A DNA stretch of 62,811 nt, the filler included, from Sluysia triapertura (Eukaryota): assembly GCA_046118255.1 (NCBI GenBank). It is 4 parts of 4 records of this genome, joined end to end, with 100 filler letters (N's around TTAATTAATTAA, not from the genome) between each part and the next. Parts side by side here need not be neighbours in the genome. Positions count along the whole stretch, not along the records: positions 1 to 13,081 come from JBJNIA010061093.1; positions 13,182 to 32,065 come from JBJNIA010110868.1; 2 more parts are not named here. One strand, 5' to 3'. Of this stretch, positions 11,885 to 23,832 are shown piece after piece. The translations under genes were made by a program, and so were the position numbers. Under the pieces are notes generated by a model. The model did not search any database, was not told where the DNA came from, and saw only the letters and a list, made by a program, of their open reading frames with translations. Each line of letters begins with the position of its first letter. The first letter of the stretch is position 1.

Positions 11885-12530
11885 AGTGACCATTAACGAG
11901 GCCAGAATTCTCACCACCTACACTTACTATGTTCGGAATGTCTTCATTACTTTTTGAATCATGGACTCGTTGCTGTTCTTGTTTTGGGTCAAAATAAACC
12001 CAGAGTTAGTTTAAATAGATGATTGAAGATTTAATGGAGTAGATAGAACATTAGACTTTGTTACTTCATTGCTCTTTCAGCTAAATAATCACAGCATTCA
12101 TCTCCAATTACTTTTACATAATTAGTGATGTTATAATCTGTATTTGGATTTAGAAAGACAATATTGACTTTTAGTTGTTTCCTCATTTTCCGTAGATTGC
12201 ATCCACATGTAGCAATTAAAATTGGATGTATTTCTTTAGGTATAAAAATTTGTTCGTCTTTGAGCTCGTAAACAATCAATCACTAAACATATCTCATCAC
12301 GTGCTTTTTTAGAATCTTCTTCGTAACCATGAATAATAACAGTAGATGAACCATTATATTTGCTTCTGAATGTTTCAATATTGGCACCACGTAAACTAAT
12401 CATCCCTTGTTAATTATACTTTGGCGTTCCAAAGACTTATAAGGGCTCGAGACCTTGTGGAAGCTTGAAATAGACTTGGAAAACCTTTGAAGGCATTAGA
12501 GTACCTTTAAGCTCATCTAACACCTTATTA
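11885..12530 (-). pseudogene. Intronless degraded tandem KH-domain fragment resembling the C-terminal KH repeats of vigilin/HDLBP
   Basis: PKYNYKG/MISLRGANIETFRSKYN..TVIIHGYEEDSKKARDEICLVIDCL, then a frameshift to EQIFIPKEIHPILIATCGCNLRKMRKQLKVNIVF..YVKVIG. This matches the vigilin pattern IIGRKGAVI..ITITGYEKNTEAARDAIL..VHARIIGARGKAIRKI..VDIRF. Confidence 0.7.
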
Positions 12531-13010
12531 ACCTTTAGATATTTTTGAAAACTCTATAAGCATATTATAGTGTTTAATATAAGTAATATTATAGTGTTTA
12601 ATATCTCTAAAATAATTGAGATATAAAATCATAGTTATTGGTATTAAAAGTAAATGTAGTAGAGTAATAATTAACATGAAGAAGTAGAAAAGAAATCAGA
12701 GAGGTGAAGGTGAAAACATCTAGAGCCTCCTGAACTCCTTATAAACTACTAAATAACTTTAGAACCTTAATAAAACATTTAAACATAAAATAAGATTAAG
12801 TCTAAAAATAGATTAATTAATTAAGAAAAAGGTAGGTTTTTGAATGCGGAATTCTATGTCAAATTTGAAACTGCGTATGCATTTGTTTTGAAAAGACCTT
12901 TCAAGGAAGATATGGTTTGACCGAGTTCATGCAAGGAAAGCCTTAATATTGAGCAAATTCATATTTTTATTATTTTTAATTATGGAATATTGAATTTTTT
13001 ATACTTAGAG

Positions 13011-13060
13011 CAGTGGTGTCAAACCTTTTTGCTTTACGGGCCGCCACTTTGACACCACTG
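13011..13060. mobile_element. 50-bp internally deleted hAT-like MITE
   Basis: 13-bp perfect TIRs CAGTGGTGTCAAA / TTTGACACCACTG. CAGTGG termini are typical of hAT-Charlie elements. Confidence 0.7.
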
Positions 13061-13081
13061 TATTAAGGTAATAAAATAAAT

Positions 13082-13181
13082 NNNNNNNNNNNNNNNNNNN
13101 NNNNNNNNNNNNNNNNNNNNNNNNNTTAATTAATTAANNNNNNNNNNNNNNNNNNNNNNNNNNNNNNNNNNNNNNNNNNNN
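13082..13181. other. Assembly gap with artificial TTAATTAATTAA linker (also at 32066-32165 and 46935-47034; plain N gap at 25582-25794)
   Basis: The same 44N+TTAATTAATTAA+44N, 100-bp structure occurs three times. Confidence 0.97.
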
Positions 13182-13396
13182 TAAGTTCTGAACCTATTAG
13201 TCGATCAAATATTCAAAAACTATTGAAGTTAAATGCAGCAAATTGCTTAATATTTTCAGTGTATTACTTACATATTGGAAGGTCACATCAGTTATTTTTA
13301 CCTAGCAAAGATTTAATTGAATTGTTAAGCATGCATCGTATTAAAACTCGTGACAAATTAATCAACTTTTGGTGATTTTGATTATTTTACATCTAG

Positions 13397-13752
13397 CTAA
13401 AAACCATGATGTGCGAGATGTTATTGAAGAATATTCGCAAGGAAATATCAATTTAATGATGCGTATCAAAGAGCTTCAGCGAACAATCGATCAATCTATT
13501 GGGAAACCTTACATTTACGGTTATGATTCAAGTTACGAAATTAATAAACAGCACAGTCAGGATAGTTCCAGAGTGAAAAATTGTCATGAAAAGCGAGTTC
13601 GTCATACAGTCCATGGTAGACTGAGTCAATTAGAATATAAATTGAATACCATAGAAACAAATTTAATTCAACTTCAACAGCAAACTATTAAAATTCATTC
13701 TGAAGTGGTGGAATTGAAAAAATTAACTACAATCAATTTTCAAAATACGTAA
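13397..13752 (+). CDS. KCNQ1: Terminal exon of KCNQ (Kv7, KCNQ1-like) potassium channel; helix C/D assembly domain
   Basis: [35 protein letters not shown] matches KCNQ1 [35 protein letters not shown], followed by a helix-D-like [17 protein letters not shown] coiled coil. Acceptor ttttacatctag at 13396; stop TAA at 13750-13752. Confidence 0.92.
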
Positions 13753-14025
13753 AAATAATCCATAAAAACAAATTTTATGATAATAAAAACGACACGTTGT
13801 TGCAAAACTTAATTGAAAAATTGTGCTTCCGTATCTTATAACTATTTATAATTTAACAATAAAAAGAAAAATTAATTTGTAAAATCATAAAAACAAATGC
13901 ATAAAAATTAATCACATTTAATAAACTAATCGATTAATTAAGGCTAATTTTGAAATTGTCATTAGCAATTGGATATTTACATGAAAATTAAAAATTTACT
14001 TTGTTGATCCAGAATTAATTAACTA

Positions 14026-14889
14026 ATGCTTAATTACCTATTATTAGCGTTGGCTTTATTAGCTGTTATTACCATTCGATATACAGATTCACTTAAGTGT
14101 CATCACTGTGAACGTTGCAACGATCCATTTACGTTATCAGATACTATATTAGATAACTGTAAAAGTTGTACTAAACTCATCACTAGAAGTAATTTCGGAC
14201 GTTATTGTTCTGTAAAAACATGCAATAAAATGTGGTTTATATTACTACTGCTTACAAGTTTCAATGAACGCCTATTTTCTAATACAAAATGTACAGTGGA
14301 CAATTTACACGAAACTCACTTTAGTAAGAATGCGTTTGAATTAACAAAGCATTGTTGTTTATTTTTAAATCCATGCTATTCTGCAGTTCATTTTTATATT
14401 ACTGATAATAGTGTAAAATGTGGAAGTAATTATAATGATAGACAAGTTAAATTTTCATTGCTCGATAAAAATAAACCAGTACAAAGTAATTTACCAATTA
14501 TTATGATAAAAGTTTTAATGAAAATTTGGTGTTACGTGTCATTTGAAAATGTTACCTATATATCCAGTTTTTATGTTTTAGAAATTAATACTGATGACAT
14601 CAAAAACTTATCTCTTATAAATTATCTGGTTATTTTATTTCCATTTCCATTATGTCGTTATATGAATATTATATTTTTGGTGTTAACAAATGTTGTCTAC
14701 TTATTAAATTTAATAATTGTTTCTTTGTTTTTAATCGTTTCAGGCATTAAGCCTATTTTTATAATAAAAAAAATAATGTGTTTTAATCCACTTAATTTAA
14801 TTGTAATTAATTTGTTAAAAATAATTTCTAAAATAAATAAAAATAGAATAAATTTAAAATTAAAAAATGTTTTGCCCTCCACACATTAA
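14026..14889 (+). CDS. Secreted/membrane Ly6/uPAR (three-finger)-like protein, intronless ORF
   Basis: Signal peptide, then SLKCHHCERCNDPF...NCKSCTK...CSVKTC...KC...HCCLFLNPCYS, which is LU-domain-like Cys spacing. 287 open codons in very AT-rich DNA; hydrophobic C-terminal third. Confidence 0.7.
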   Translation: MLNYLLLALALLAVITIRYTDSLKCHHCERCNDPFTLSDTILDNCKSCTKLITRSNFGRYCSVKTCNKMWFILLLLTSFNERLFSNTKCTVDNLHETHFSKNAFELTKHCCLFLNPCYSAVHFYITDNSVKCGSNYNDRQVKFSLLDKNKPVQSNLPIIMIKVLMKIWCYVSFENVTYISSFYVLEINTDDIKNLSLINYLVILFPFPLCRYMNIIFLVLTNVVYLLNLIIVSLFLIVSGIKPIFIIKKIMCFNPLNLIVINLLKIISKINKNRINLKLKNVLPSTH

Positions 14890-16198
14890 TAAAATTAGTA
14901 TTAATATAAAATACTAATGTGACCAACTATTCTTAATTCGCAAGCTTTTCACCTCATAAAATCATATTGGTATTTTAAAAGTAATTGTAATAATAGAAAA
15001 ACTTTCTCAAAATATATTAAATAAAATATTTTTGAAAAACACTAATTTATTATATTAAATAAAATATTTTGAAAAACACTAATTTATTAAATTAATTTAA
15101 TGCAATTTTAGAAATCAAACGAATTACAATTACCGTAAATTAGTCACCATTAATTTACTTTAACTACAACAGAATAATCTATAAGCTTCATACTATAAAT
15201 AAATGAATTATTACTTTTACATGAATTCATTCAACACAAATAGTCATGATATCCCAACTCACTTCAAATAAAGTATAAGTTCAAGGTTAATTTAATTTTT
15301 AATAGACTAAAATCAACTTATTTAATATTTTTTAGTCAATTTATTGCAAAAAATGCAATAGAATGTCTAATTTCTAAAAATAGTTTAAGAGATAATTCTA
15401 TTATCCAATGAAATTTTTTATGAAAGAACATAAAATAAAAAGAAATTTTATTGTGTAGATATTGATTTTATTTTCCAATGTTAGATTGAAAAAATGGTAA
15501 ATAAATTTATATATTTTATATTTAGTGATTTAATATATTTACACAGTAAATTGTTTCTTATTTGCGAACTCTTCTAATATATTTTAAAATTCATAGTTTT
15601 AAATAAAAATTTTTACGAAACTGTAAAATTATAATAAAATAAAAATATAATTTCAAATAAATGTCAAAATATTTCAGTAATCTTGAAATAAAATTATAAT
15701 TAAAGATTAATCTAAAAATATTCTAGAATCGCCAAAATAAACATCTCAAATAGTCTTGAAATCAAAAATAAATGAAAGAAAATTAAAAAAGATTAATTTA
15801 AATACACCGTCAAAGAAAATTCTATACTTTTATTAAAATATGAAAACTAACTTACAAAATGATTTTAACATAGTAAACGAGTTATATCAATGAAGCCATT
15901 TCTATAGATTTCTTATTTCTGAGTATCATCTACTATGTAGCAGTGTTTTACAAATTTAACTAACTCTTTTGTATTATATGCAAAATAATGTAAATTAAAT
16001 TAATATAAATAAATATAAACTAATCAATGCAACGTTTCTCTTGTGTAAATGAATCTTTTAAGATATCGTGCTTTAAAGCTAATCGTTAAATTTAATTCTA
16101 CGACATATAGATATGCAAAATAATTTATTCTCACAAATTATATTCTCCTTAAAAATTTTTATAATTATTATATACTTTTAATTTATTTTTCATCTTAT

Positions 16199-16590
16199 CT
16201 TAAGGAATTATATTGGTTGCCAATAAAAGCAAGATTAGAATACAAAATCAGGACAATAATTTACAAATGCTTACATTACAGAAGTCCTGAATATCTCTTA
16301 GAAATAATAAAAAATTTGGAAACCGAAATGAATATTTCATTGAAACATAATAATCTATACAGAATCCACAGTGATAATAAGCCAGATGATAGGTCATGTA
16401 CCGTTTATGTTTCAAAAATATACACCCAGTTACCAGAGAATGTCAAATTACTGGAAGATCATGAAATATTTAAGACAAGGTCAAACTTATTTCTGTTTCA
16501 GAAACATAGTGAATGATTTATTTTAAGCGCTTTTGAGTACTTATTTTGCAGTATATATGAGCGCGATATAAATTAATATATTATTATTAT
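16199..16590 (+). mobile_element. 5'-truncated L2/CR1-group LINE 3' end
   Basis: LKELYWLPIKARLEYKI..IYKCLH..SPEYL...LPENVK....FKTR..LF is the L2 ORF2 C-terminal motif. It is followed by an AAGCGC-TTTGAG..GCGCGATATAAAT stem-loop 3' UTR and an (ATT)n tail. Confidence 0.85.
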
Positions 16591-18044
16591 TTTCAATTAC
16601 TTGCTTAAAAATGAATTCAAAATTAAATTACACAAATATAGTTGTGTAGACACTCGTTGTAATTGTTTATAATGTTTAATTACAGCCTATCTAAGTACAA
16701 TGGATGAAAAGACGAGAGGATTAATAAAAGACACATAGAAATTAATATTTTTATATATTCAGTTTTTATCATTAAAGTATTTTCACTTAATGATTATTGA
16801 AATGCGATTTTGGTTTATGATTTTATCGCTAGCATTATCCTATGCAAAAAGATAAAATGATTTTTAGTATATTTTATGCCTTAATTTAATTAAGGTGAGT
16901 CATGTGTAAAATATATTAAGATTTATGAATCATAAACAATTTGGAAATTAGTACTAATTAATCACAGGTTCTAATGTCGAAAGGAAACCCAGATAATGCC
17001 AATAAATTTTTGTAGCTTTTTCTATTTTTCCAAAGCGCTAAAACTGGTAATAAGGTAACATTTAATTTCCAATTCTTGGTACTAAAATCACAAAACTGTC
17101 ACTTGTAAGGTTGAGGCCGTTCATGTTTAACTTGGTTGAACGTACGAACAAATTTCCAACACGAAACAATAGTTTATCTCGCAAATTAGATAATTTGTTA
17201 TTTCTCTCTCTTATATTATTTTAATGTCTTCTATTTATATACAAATTAAGCGTTCCAAAACATAGTTTTACTAATTTATTACTGTTTATTATTCATATTA
17301 TGCTTTATTTATTATTATTTTATTATCATATTAGTACCAAACTACATTTACAATCTTAATTTTTTAATATAATGCGTAATGAATCGCATAATTTATAATC
17401 TGCCTTAACATTGAATACTAACAAGAACAAACCAACACATCACCAGAAAATGATCGAACATACACAGTAATATAGCCAATAAATACTATTTATTTGCAGT
17501 TATGAATATTTTAGTAAAAAATATTTATTATTAATATTTATCATTATGAATAAAAATCACATATTTTGAACCAGCAATATGAATAAAATAATAATAAAAA
17601 ATTAAAAAAAAATTATTTATTGATCAAGTTCATTATATAAATATTTTTAAACTCAGTAGTATTTTCATTAATACTTTTTAATGACAAAATTATGTAATGC
17701 ACATATTTTATGTTAATAATTACAATTTTGTTGAGATTACTTTTTTGTGCACATTTTGTTTGTGGATGTTTTGTCTGAATACTAAATTTCTCTAATTTTT
17801 TATTCAGAAAAGATAATACTTATGACTGTTAAATCATTGATGATTACAATTTTTAATCTTACAAAAAATTAACATTTTAAGACACATGCTAACTACATCA
17901 GTGAGATTTATCTAGATTCTGATAATATTATGAATCTAATAATCCACTAAGTTAAGTTTTAATGATACTGTGTTCAATAATTTTATAAATTAATGAAATT
18001 CATTGTATCATTTTTTAAACTAAAGGTGCACAATACATGGATGA

Positions 18045-18060
18045 ATTATTATTATTATTA

Positions 18061-18100
<40 letters not shown>

Positions 18101-18112
18101 CATCATCATCAT
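18045..18112. repeat. (ATT)n(ATC)n microsatellite
   Basis: Seen directly; lies just upstream of a splice acceptor. Confidence 0.95.
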
Positions 18113-18128
18113 TTTTACCATTATTTAG

Positions 18129-18180
18129 AAGGAATGGATATACTTGACAATGAAATTGATTTATTAGACAAAAGCAGCAA
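18129..18180 (+). CDS. KSR-like pseudokinase, small upstream exon
   Basis: tttag|...|gtaatt; encodes (E)GMDILDNEIDLLDKSS(K). Its phase-2 end joins in frame to the exon at 20004. Confidence 0.6.
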
Positions 18181-19614
18181 GTAATTTAATTATTTTTTCT
18201 ACATCAACTATATTTTATTATTTTAATAAGATCTTGTTTTAAATTTAATTAATCTGGTTTTGTTAATCATAATAATAATTATTATTTTGTATTTGAAACT
18301 ATTTTTATTTTTCTATTTATAATTTTTTGAAGTCAATCAATGTATAATTTGTTTTTCTGGAATATTTTAGAAATTTCTATAAATTTAAGGAAATAGAATC
18401 TATTGTATTTTCAATAAAAAAAACTTTAGACATTAAATTTGATACTTTAATTAATTTTTGAAATAGAAAAAATATATTTAATTAAACACATTTATAAGAA
18501 TAATTTTAACAAGATAAAATAAAAAATATGGATTCCATTAAAAAGCTTTTATTCACCATCTCTATTTTTGATGTTAATTAGTTTAAATTTAAAATATCAT
18601 ATTAAAGTTTTTCAAGAGCCACAAATAAATTTTTTATTAAATATTAATACTAGCAACAAAATAATGCTATAACAATAATAACAATAAGTATATTTGGGAT
18701 TTTTTCTTGTCAATTTCAGCCTGAAAGATATATATATAAATTCTACATTGTAGAGTCACTTGTGGCTCAAGAGCCTTGGGTTACCAATCATAACTTTAAC
18801 TAGATAATAAAGCCATGATAAAGCTTGATATTTGAATATTGATTAAACGAAATTAAAATTTTTCTTATTAATAACTTCGTAATAAAATAATTTTTAATTT
18901 TATAGATGGTAATTAAGTCAAAAAAATTAAATCTACTTTATACTAAATTATTTTCTTCTGCTGCATAATAATTTAGTAAAAATACATTCACAAAGAATAT
19001 TTTTCGAAGAAAAATTCTATCTCGAATGTTGTCATTTTTTTAATTTTTAAAATAACTTTGTAGTTATAAACAAAATACAAAATACTGAACAAATTTTAAT
19101 CAAATTTGTTCACTTGAATCAAGGAAAATTTTCCATTTAAGCATATTTAATATTGTATTGCCTTTCATTATTATATTTTTTGAAAACAAACAGAGAAATT
19201 CATAGAAATTGACTTGATTAATTAACTGGAATCATTCTAAATTGTAGATTGAATTTAAAATAAATTATATCAAATTTTATATTGAAATTGAAAGTAAATT
19301 TTAATAAAATTTTATAATTATATTTTTAATGCAAAGCACAAAATTTTCTGCAAACCTTAAGAAATGTTTCTTAGAAACGTTGTCGACCAAAGCAATAAAC
19401 ATGTCTTTAAATTAGTTCAATAAATAAGAAATAGTGTTTGTTGTGTTTTTCGCTTTAATGTGAATATAATAAATAATATTATGTTCTATCTTAATAAGAC
19501 TATATAATTTAACTTCTCTATTTTCTGATGCCATTAAATTTTATTTAGTTTCTTCATGTCTTGGAAAAGGTTAAAGTTTAATTAATTTATGAAAAAATTT
19601 ATTGTTTTCTGATT

Positions 19615-19872
19615 AGTAGATATAAATATCCGCGTTAAACCCCCCACACTTGTGTGCACTTAATTTGAATTAGTACAGATCGTTCTAATTGGTTGAATAT
19701 TTTATTGGTTAGAGAGGGTATTATATTAAATTTTAAATTATACTAAATTATATTACATTTTTAAAATTAAACATAGTGCAAATACCCTAATATCACTCAT
19801 CCAATCATAGATTTCTATACCAATTCAAGTTAAGCGCGCACGAGTAAACCAACACGGACATTTCTATCTACT
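19615..19872. mobile_element. MITE with long imperfect TIRs
   Basis: AGTAGATATAAATATCCGCGTT..GTGTGCACTTAATTTGAATT..ATTGGTTGA is mirrored by TCATCCAAT..AATTCAAGTTAAGCGCGCAC..AACACGGACATTTCTATCTACT. Confidence 0.75.
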
Positions 19873-20003
19873 CAATTTACATATTGTTTATGTACTGAAT
19901 ATCCAAATTAAATTTATAAAAAATCATTTCTAGAAACGGAAAAACAATAGCACGATATAAAAGTATTAATTTTCAAAATTAAAAATATTCAAAATGTATT
20001 TAG

Positions 20004-20096
20004 GGTTACCAGTAATTTGTATGAATTCACTATTTCCTATTCAAATATTCGATTAGGGGATTTATTAAAGTCAGGAAATCGGAAGAAAATCTATCG
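20004..20096 (+). CDS. KSR-like pseudokinase exon (subdomain I)
   Basis: tttag|..|gttagt; VTSNLYEFTISYSNIRLGDLLKSGNRKKIY(R), comparable to Raf/KSR EWDIPYEQLELGELIGKG. Confidence 0.85.
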
Positions 20097-20825
20097 GTTA
20101 GTTAATCACTGTTGTTGTGCGTTTTATTGGATTTGTGAAAAATAATTAAGATAATATTGATAATATTGAATCTTCAAAATGTACAGTTTCTTTTCGTATT
20201 TAAATTTTACATATCCGTTGTTTAAAGAGTCATTTCATTTGTATATTATTATGACTTCATGTTATATTGAGTCACATTATTTGTTTTAATTGAATATACT
20301 TAACTCTGCGTGTGAGACTGCATTTAATTAGTAGAATATCACATGAAAACACAAAAGACAAATAATTTTTAAAAATGTATTTAAAAAACAGTATTAATTA
20401 CAAAATATTGTAATTCAATTTATTAATATTGAAAGGTTGTAAATTTTTAAATGTTTTTAGAAACCAGTAAAATCTGAACAAAGCTTAATATCCTAGATCT
20501 GCCACCCATTTTGGGTATCTAGAGTAAGATAATTGAGTAGAGTCTCTCCAGATATACTAATATACTTTAATAATATTTTGATGGTGCTTCTAATTTTGTG
20601 TATTAATTTACGTTGTAATAATTTTTAATCTGCAAAGACTAATAATTTATAATTTTCGGAAAAGTTATTTCAATAAACATTTCTCAAACTCAGTGTATAG
20701 AAAAAAATGTGAGAATTGCCTAAGGAAAATAGAAGTAATATTGATTTAAAATGTACTGATTTCCAACTATATTTTTACGAGTTAATTAAATTTAGTAAAG
20801 CAACGAATTTTTTATTTTTTCCCAG

Positions 20826-20993
20826 AGGTCATTGGCATGGAGATGTTATGGTATTTCTCTATGAAAATCTAAATGAGGACGAACAGAAAAAATTCTGGGA
20901 AAAGGTAAGAAATCTGACAATGATCCGGCATGAAAATATTATCCTATTTATGGGAGTTGCTGTAGAACTACCACAATATCTTATGGTTACCAG
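20826..20993 (+). CDS. KSR-like pseudokinase exon (subdomains II-IV)
   Basis: cccag|..|gtaagc; GHWHGDVMVF...MIRHENIILFMG carries the Raf/KSR WHGDVA and RHENLVLFMG signatures. Confidence 0.92.
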
Positions 20994-21630
20994 GTAAGCG
21001 GTACTATATGCCTTCAATATTGTTTGGTGTACAAAAAATCCAAAATATGTATTCACATTTTAATTGTTAAAATTAAATTTTCAAATAACATTCAATATTT
21101 GGGTTTCTTAAGCAGAAAACATATATTTGTTAAACATTTATATGTAATGAGAAATATTTACAAATATTTGTCATATATATTATATATTTATAATGTTTCG
21201 CATTAAAAATTTATCTTTTTGAAATAAGAAATCATTTTTTATGTTTAATGGAGAATACAAAAGTACTGCACATAAAATTCAAACAATTAAGTAATATTTT
21301 AACTGAATTTTAATATTTTTTAAAAATATTTTACTAAGTATATTCTCCAAATTATCTGGAAGTCACAACTTAACTTAACAATTAAGTTAAATAATAGGTA
21401 TTCCTTCTAACCATTTATAAAGTTAAATCGTTAAATTGTCCCTAAAACTTCAGAAATATTATGTCAAGTTATGTATTCTAGGCGCGTTTAAATACTAATT
21501 TTTAGTAGATATTAATAGTAGATAAATTAATATTGTTAAAGTTATTCAAGAATTATGGCATGTGAAATATTTTGTTAATATCTACTCTGGATATGTTGTT
21601 GAATTAAAATAACTTACAGATGAAATCATT

Positions 21631-23832
21631 TGTCAGATCTGGATCTAGAATTAAATTAATAATAAAAAATAATATAAAAATTACATATAAATAATAATAA
21701 AAAAATTAATAATAATAGAATTTTTAAAATTAATAATATGATTATTGATTGTAATATTAATAATAGTGGAAATAACAATGATAATATTGATAGTAAACGT
21801 AATTAACAGATATATCCTTTTACGACAAGAAAGTATTAATAAAACAACATTATCATATATGCATAATATTTGTAAAATAATAATACATTTAACATAATAA
21901 TTTCTGTAGAATCCTTGAAATTTTTAGATATACAATTGATAAAAGTACATTTGTTATAACAGTACCTTTTATTCTATGTATATATTTTTCCGAAATATCA
22001 CTTTGATTCAAAATTATCTTACGAAATGTATTAATTAATTAAACGTTTGTCAGTTAATTAAAGAAAAATGAATCTAATGTGTCTTGATTGTGTGTTGTTT
22101 ACTGGGATAAGTGCAATTATAAAAGTGGTTTTTATTACTACTTTCACAAATTCAATAATTGGTAAAGCGAACAAAGAATGATATTTTATATCTAAAGACA
22201 TTCGAGTTTCTGAAAAATTACAATTAATTTTGTTTTGTTTAAACTTAATTATATTGAATTTAATATTTTGGGAGATACTTGTGTAGTGGTTCACCTAATA
22301 ATTCAAAGTTTTATATCACATTGTCCATCCACATAAAACAAAAATTCATCACTTAAACAATTGATACATATTAAGTAATCAGAATATGTTAAATGCATTC
22401 AACACAATACTTTAAGCTCTTTATGCCATAACATAAATTCTTAAATAATTCACTCCATTTAAAAACAATGAAACATATTTTATTCTCACATGTTCAGCTT
22501 TTAGATTTTTATATTTTTCTTTCAATTCCCTCATTCTAAACATTAGGCAAATAACAATTGTTGATAGTGACAATAATTAGTCTCATACTAATAATAATAT
22601 TATTATTCTATTGTTTTATTATCATCATTCTTTTTATTATATTTATTTGATTTTTATTACCTAATTATTTTCGGTCTATTTTCTTCGATTTTGAATTTCA
22701 AAGGTATCGCCATAAGTAATATTGCTAAGACCAAGAAAAGAGTAAAATAATGCTTTGCATCCATGATAAAAAGTTCGTAAAATGAGAACTACAGCTACAT
22801 TTAAATTACCTAGAACTTTAAAATCACGACGAAACCCAAAACATGAAAAGAGTAACACAACCGGAGATAATAAATTAGATCAATTTCACATTGTCCGTAA
22901 ACCTTTAACGACTGAATCACCCATGAAAGTTATCCCAATTTAGTAATATTTATGTTCATAATGTTAATTTTGTAACTACAATTTTGTGTGTGCATAATAA
23001 ATCAAAGGATATTTATATTATTTTTAATCAAAGTTAATGCAAGTAACGGTCCTTAAGACCATTCGATATAATTTATTATGTTTAAATCGTAAATATATAT
23101 TAGTAATATTTGCGTTATTTTCTTTGTCAATAATGTAAAAGTAAAATTTCAGATAAAAGTAGTGTTAAGTTATATTCCCAGAAGACAAAAGTTACGTTTC
23201 TATGAACACTATGATTCTCGCGATTTAAAATGTCGAGCATTTATACGAACTTATAAATTTCTACCTTTATTATCAGTAACAAATCAATTGCATGAATATT
23301 ATTTCAAGTCATTATTACTATTTATTCCTATAAACACAAATTTATACATTCCAAATTTACATTCACATGATAAACATCTTGCAGAATTAGATTATAAATT
23401 ATGTACAAAATTTTCTATTTTGGCAAATGGCAGTAATGTATATTTTTCTGATTCAGTAACTTCTTCTATGAACAAGTTCCTAATCATTTTTTTACACGCA
23501 AACTACGAAAATTACCCAATTACGTCTATCTAAAACCTGTATATCCACACTCCAAACTATATCAAATAGAATTAATATCTATTTTATTATCAAAATTCAT
23601 CATAATCAAACATTTGTAAATTACAAAATTTATATAATAACTATTCATTTAATATACAAAAACTTGCATCATCCTTGCTTAATATATTTTTCCAAACTTT
23701 TGTATTATTAGTGCTGTGTAAAGTTAATTGTTAATTAACTATTATTTTAACATTTTTTGATTTAGTAATTATTTTTGATAATTAATAAATTGTAATTTTG
23801 TGATATCGATAATATTATTTCAGTTAGATCTC
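21631..23832. mobile_element. Intronic degraded mobile-element fragment with ORF remnants
   Basis: Starts TGTCAGATCT and ends AGATCTCA. Contains intronless ORF remnants (e.g. 23162-23533) separated by (ATT)-rich linkers, as in 1-10500. Boundaries are tentative. Confidence 0.3.

Noticed and set aside
13126-13137. TTAATTAATTAA palindrome recurring three times
   Set aside because: Always centred in identical N-runs, so it is an assembly linker and not biology.
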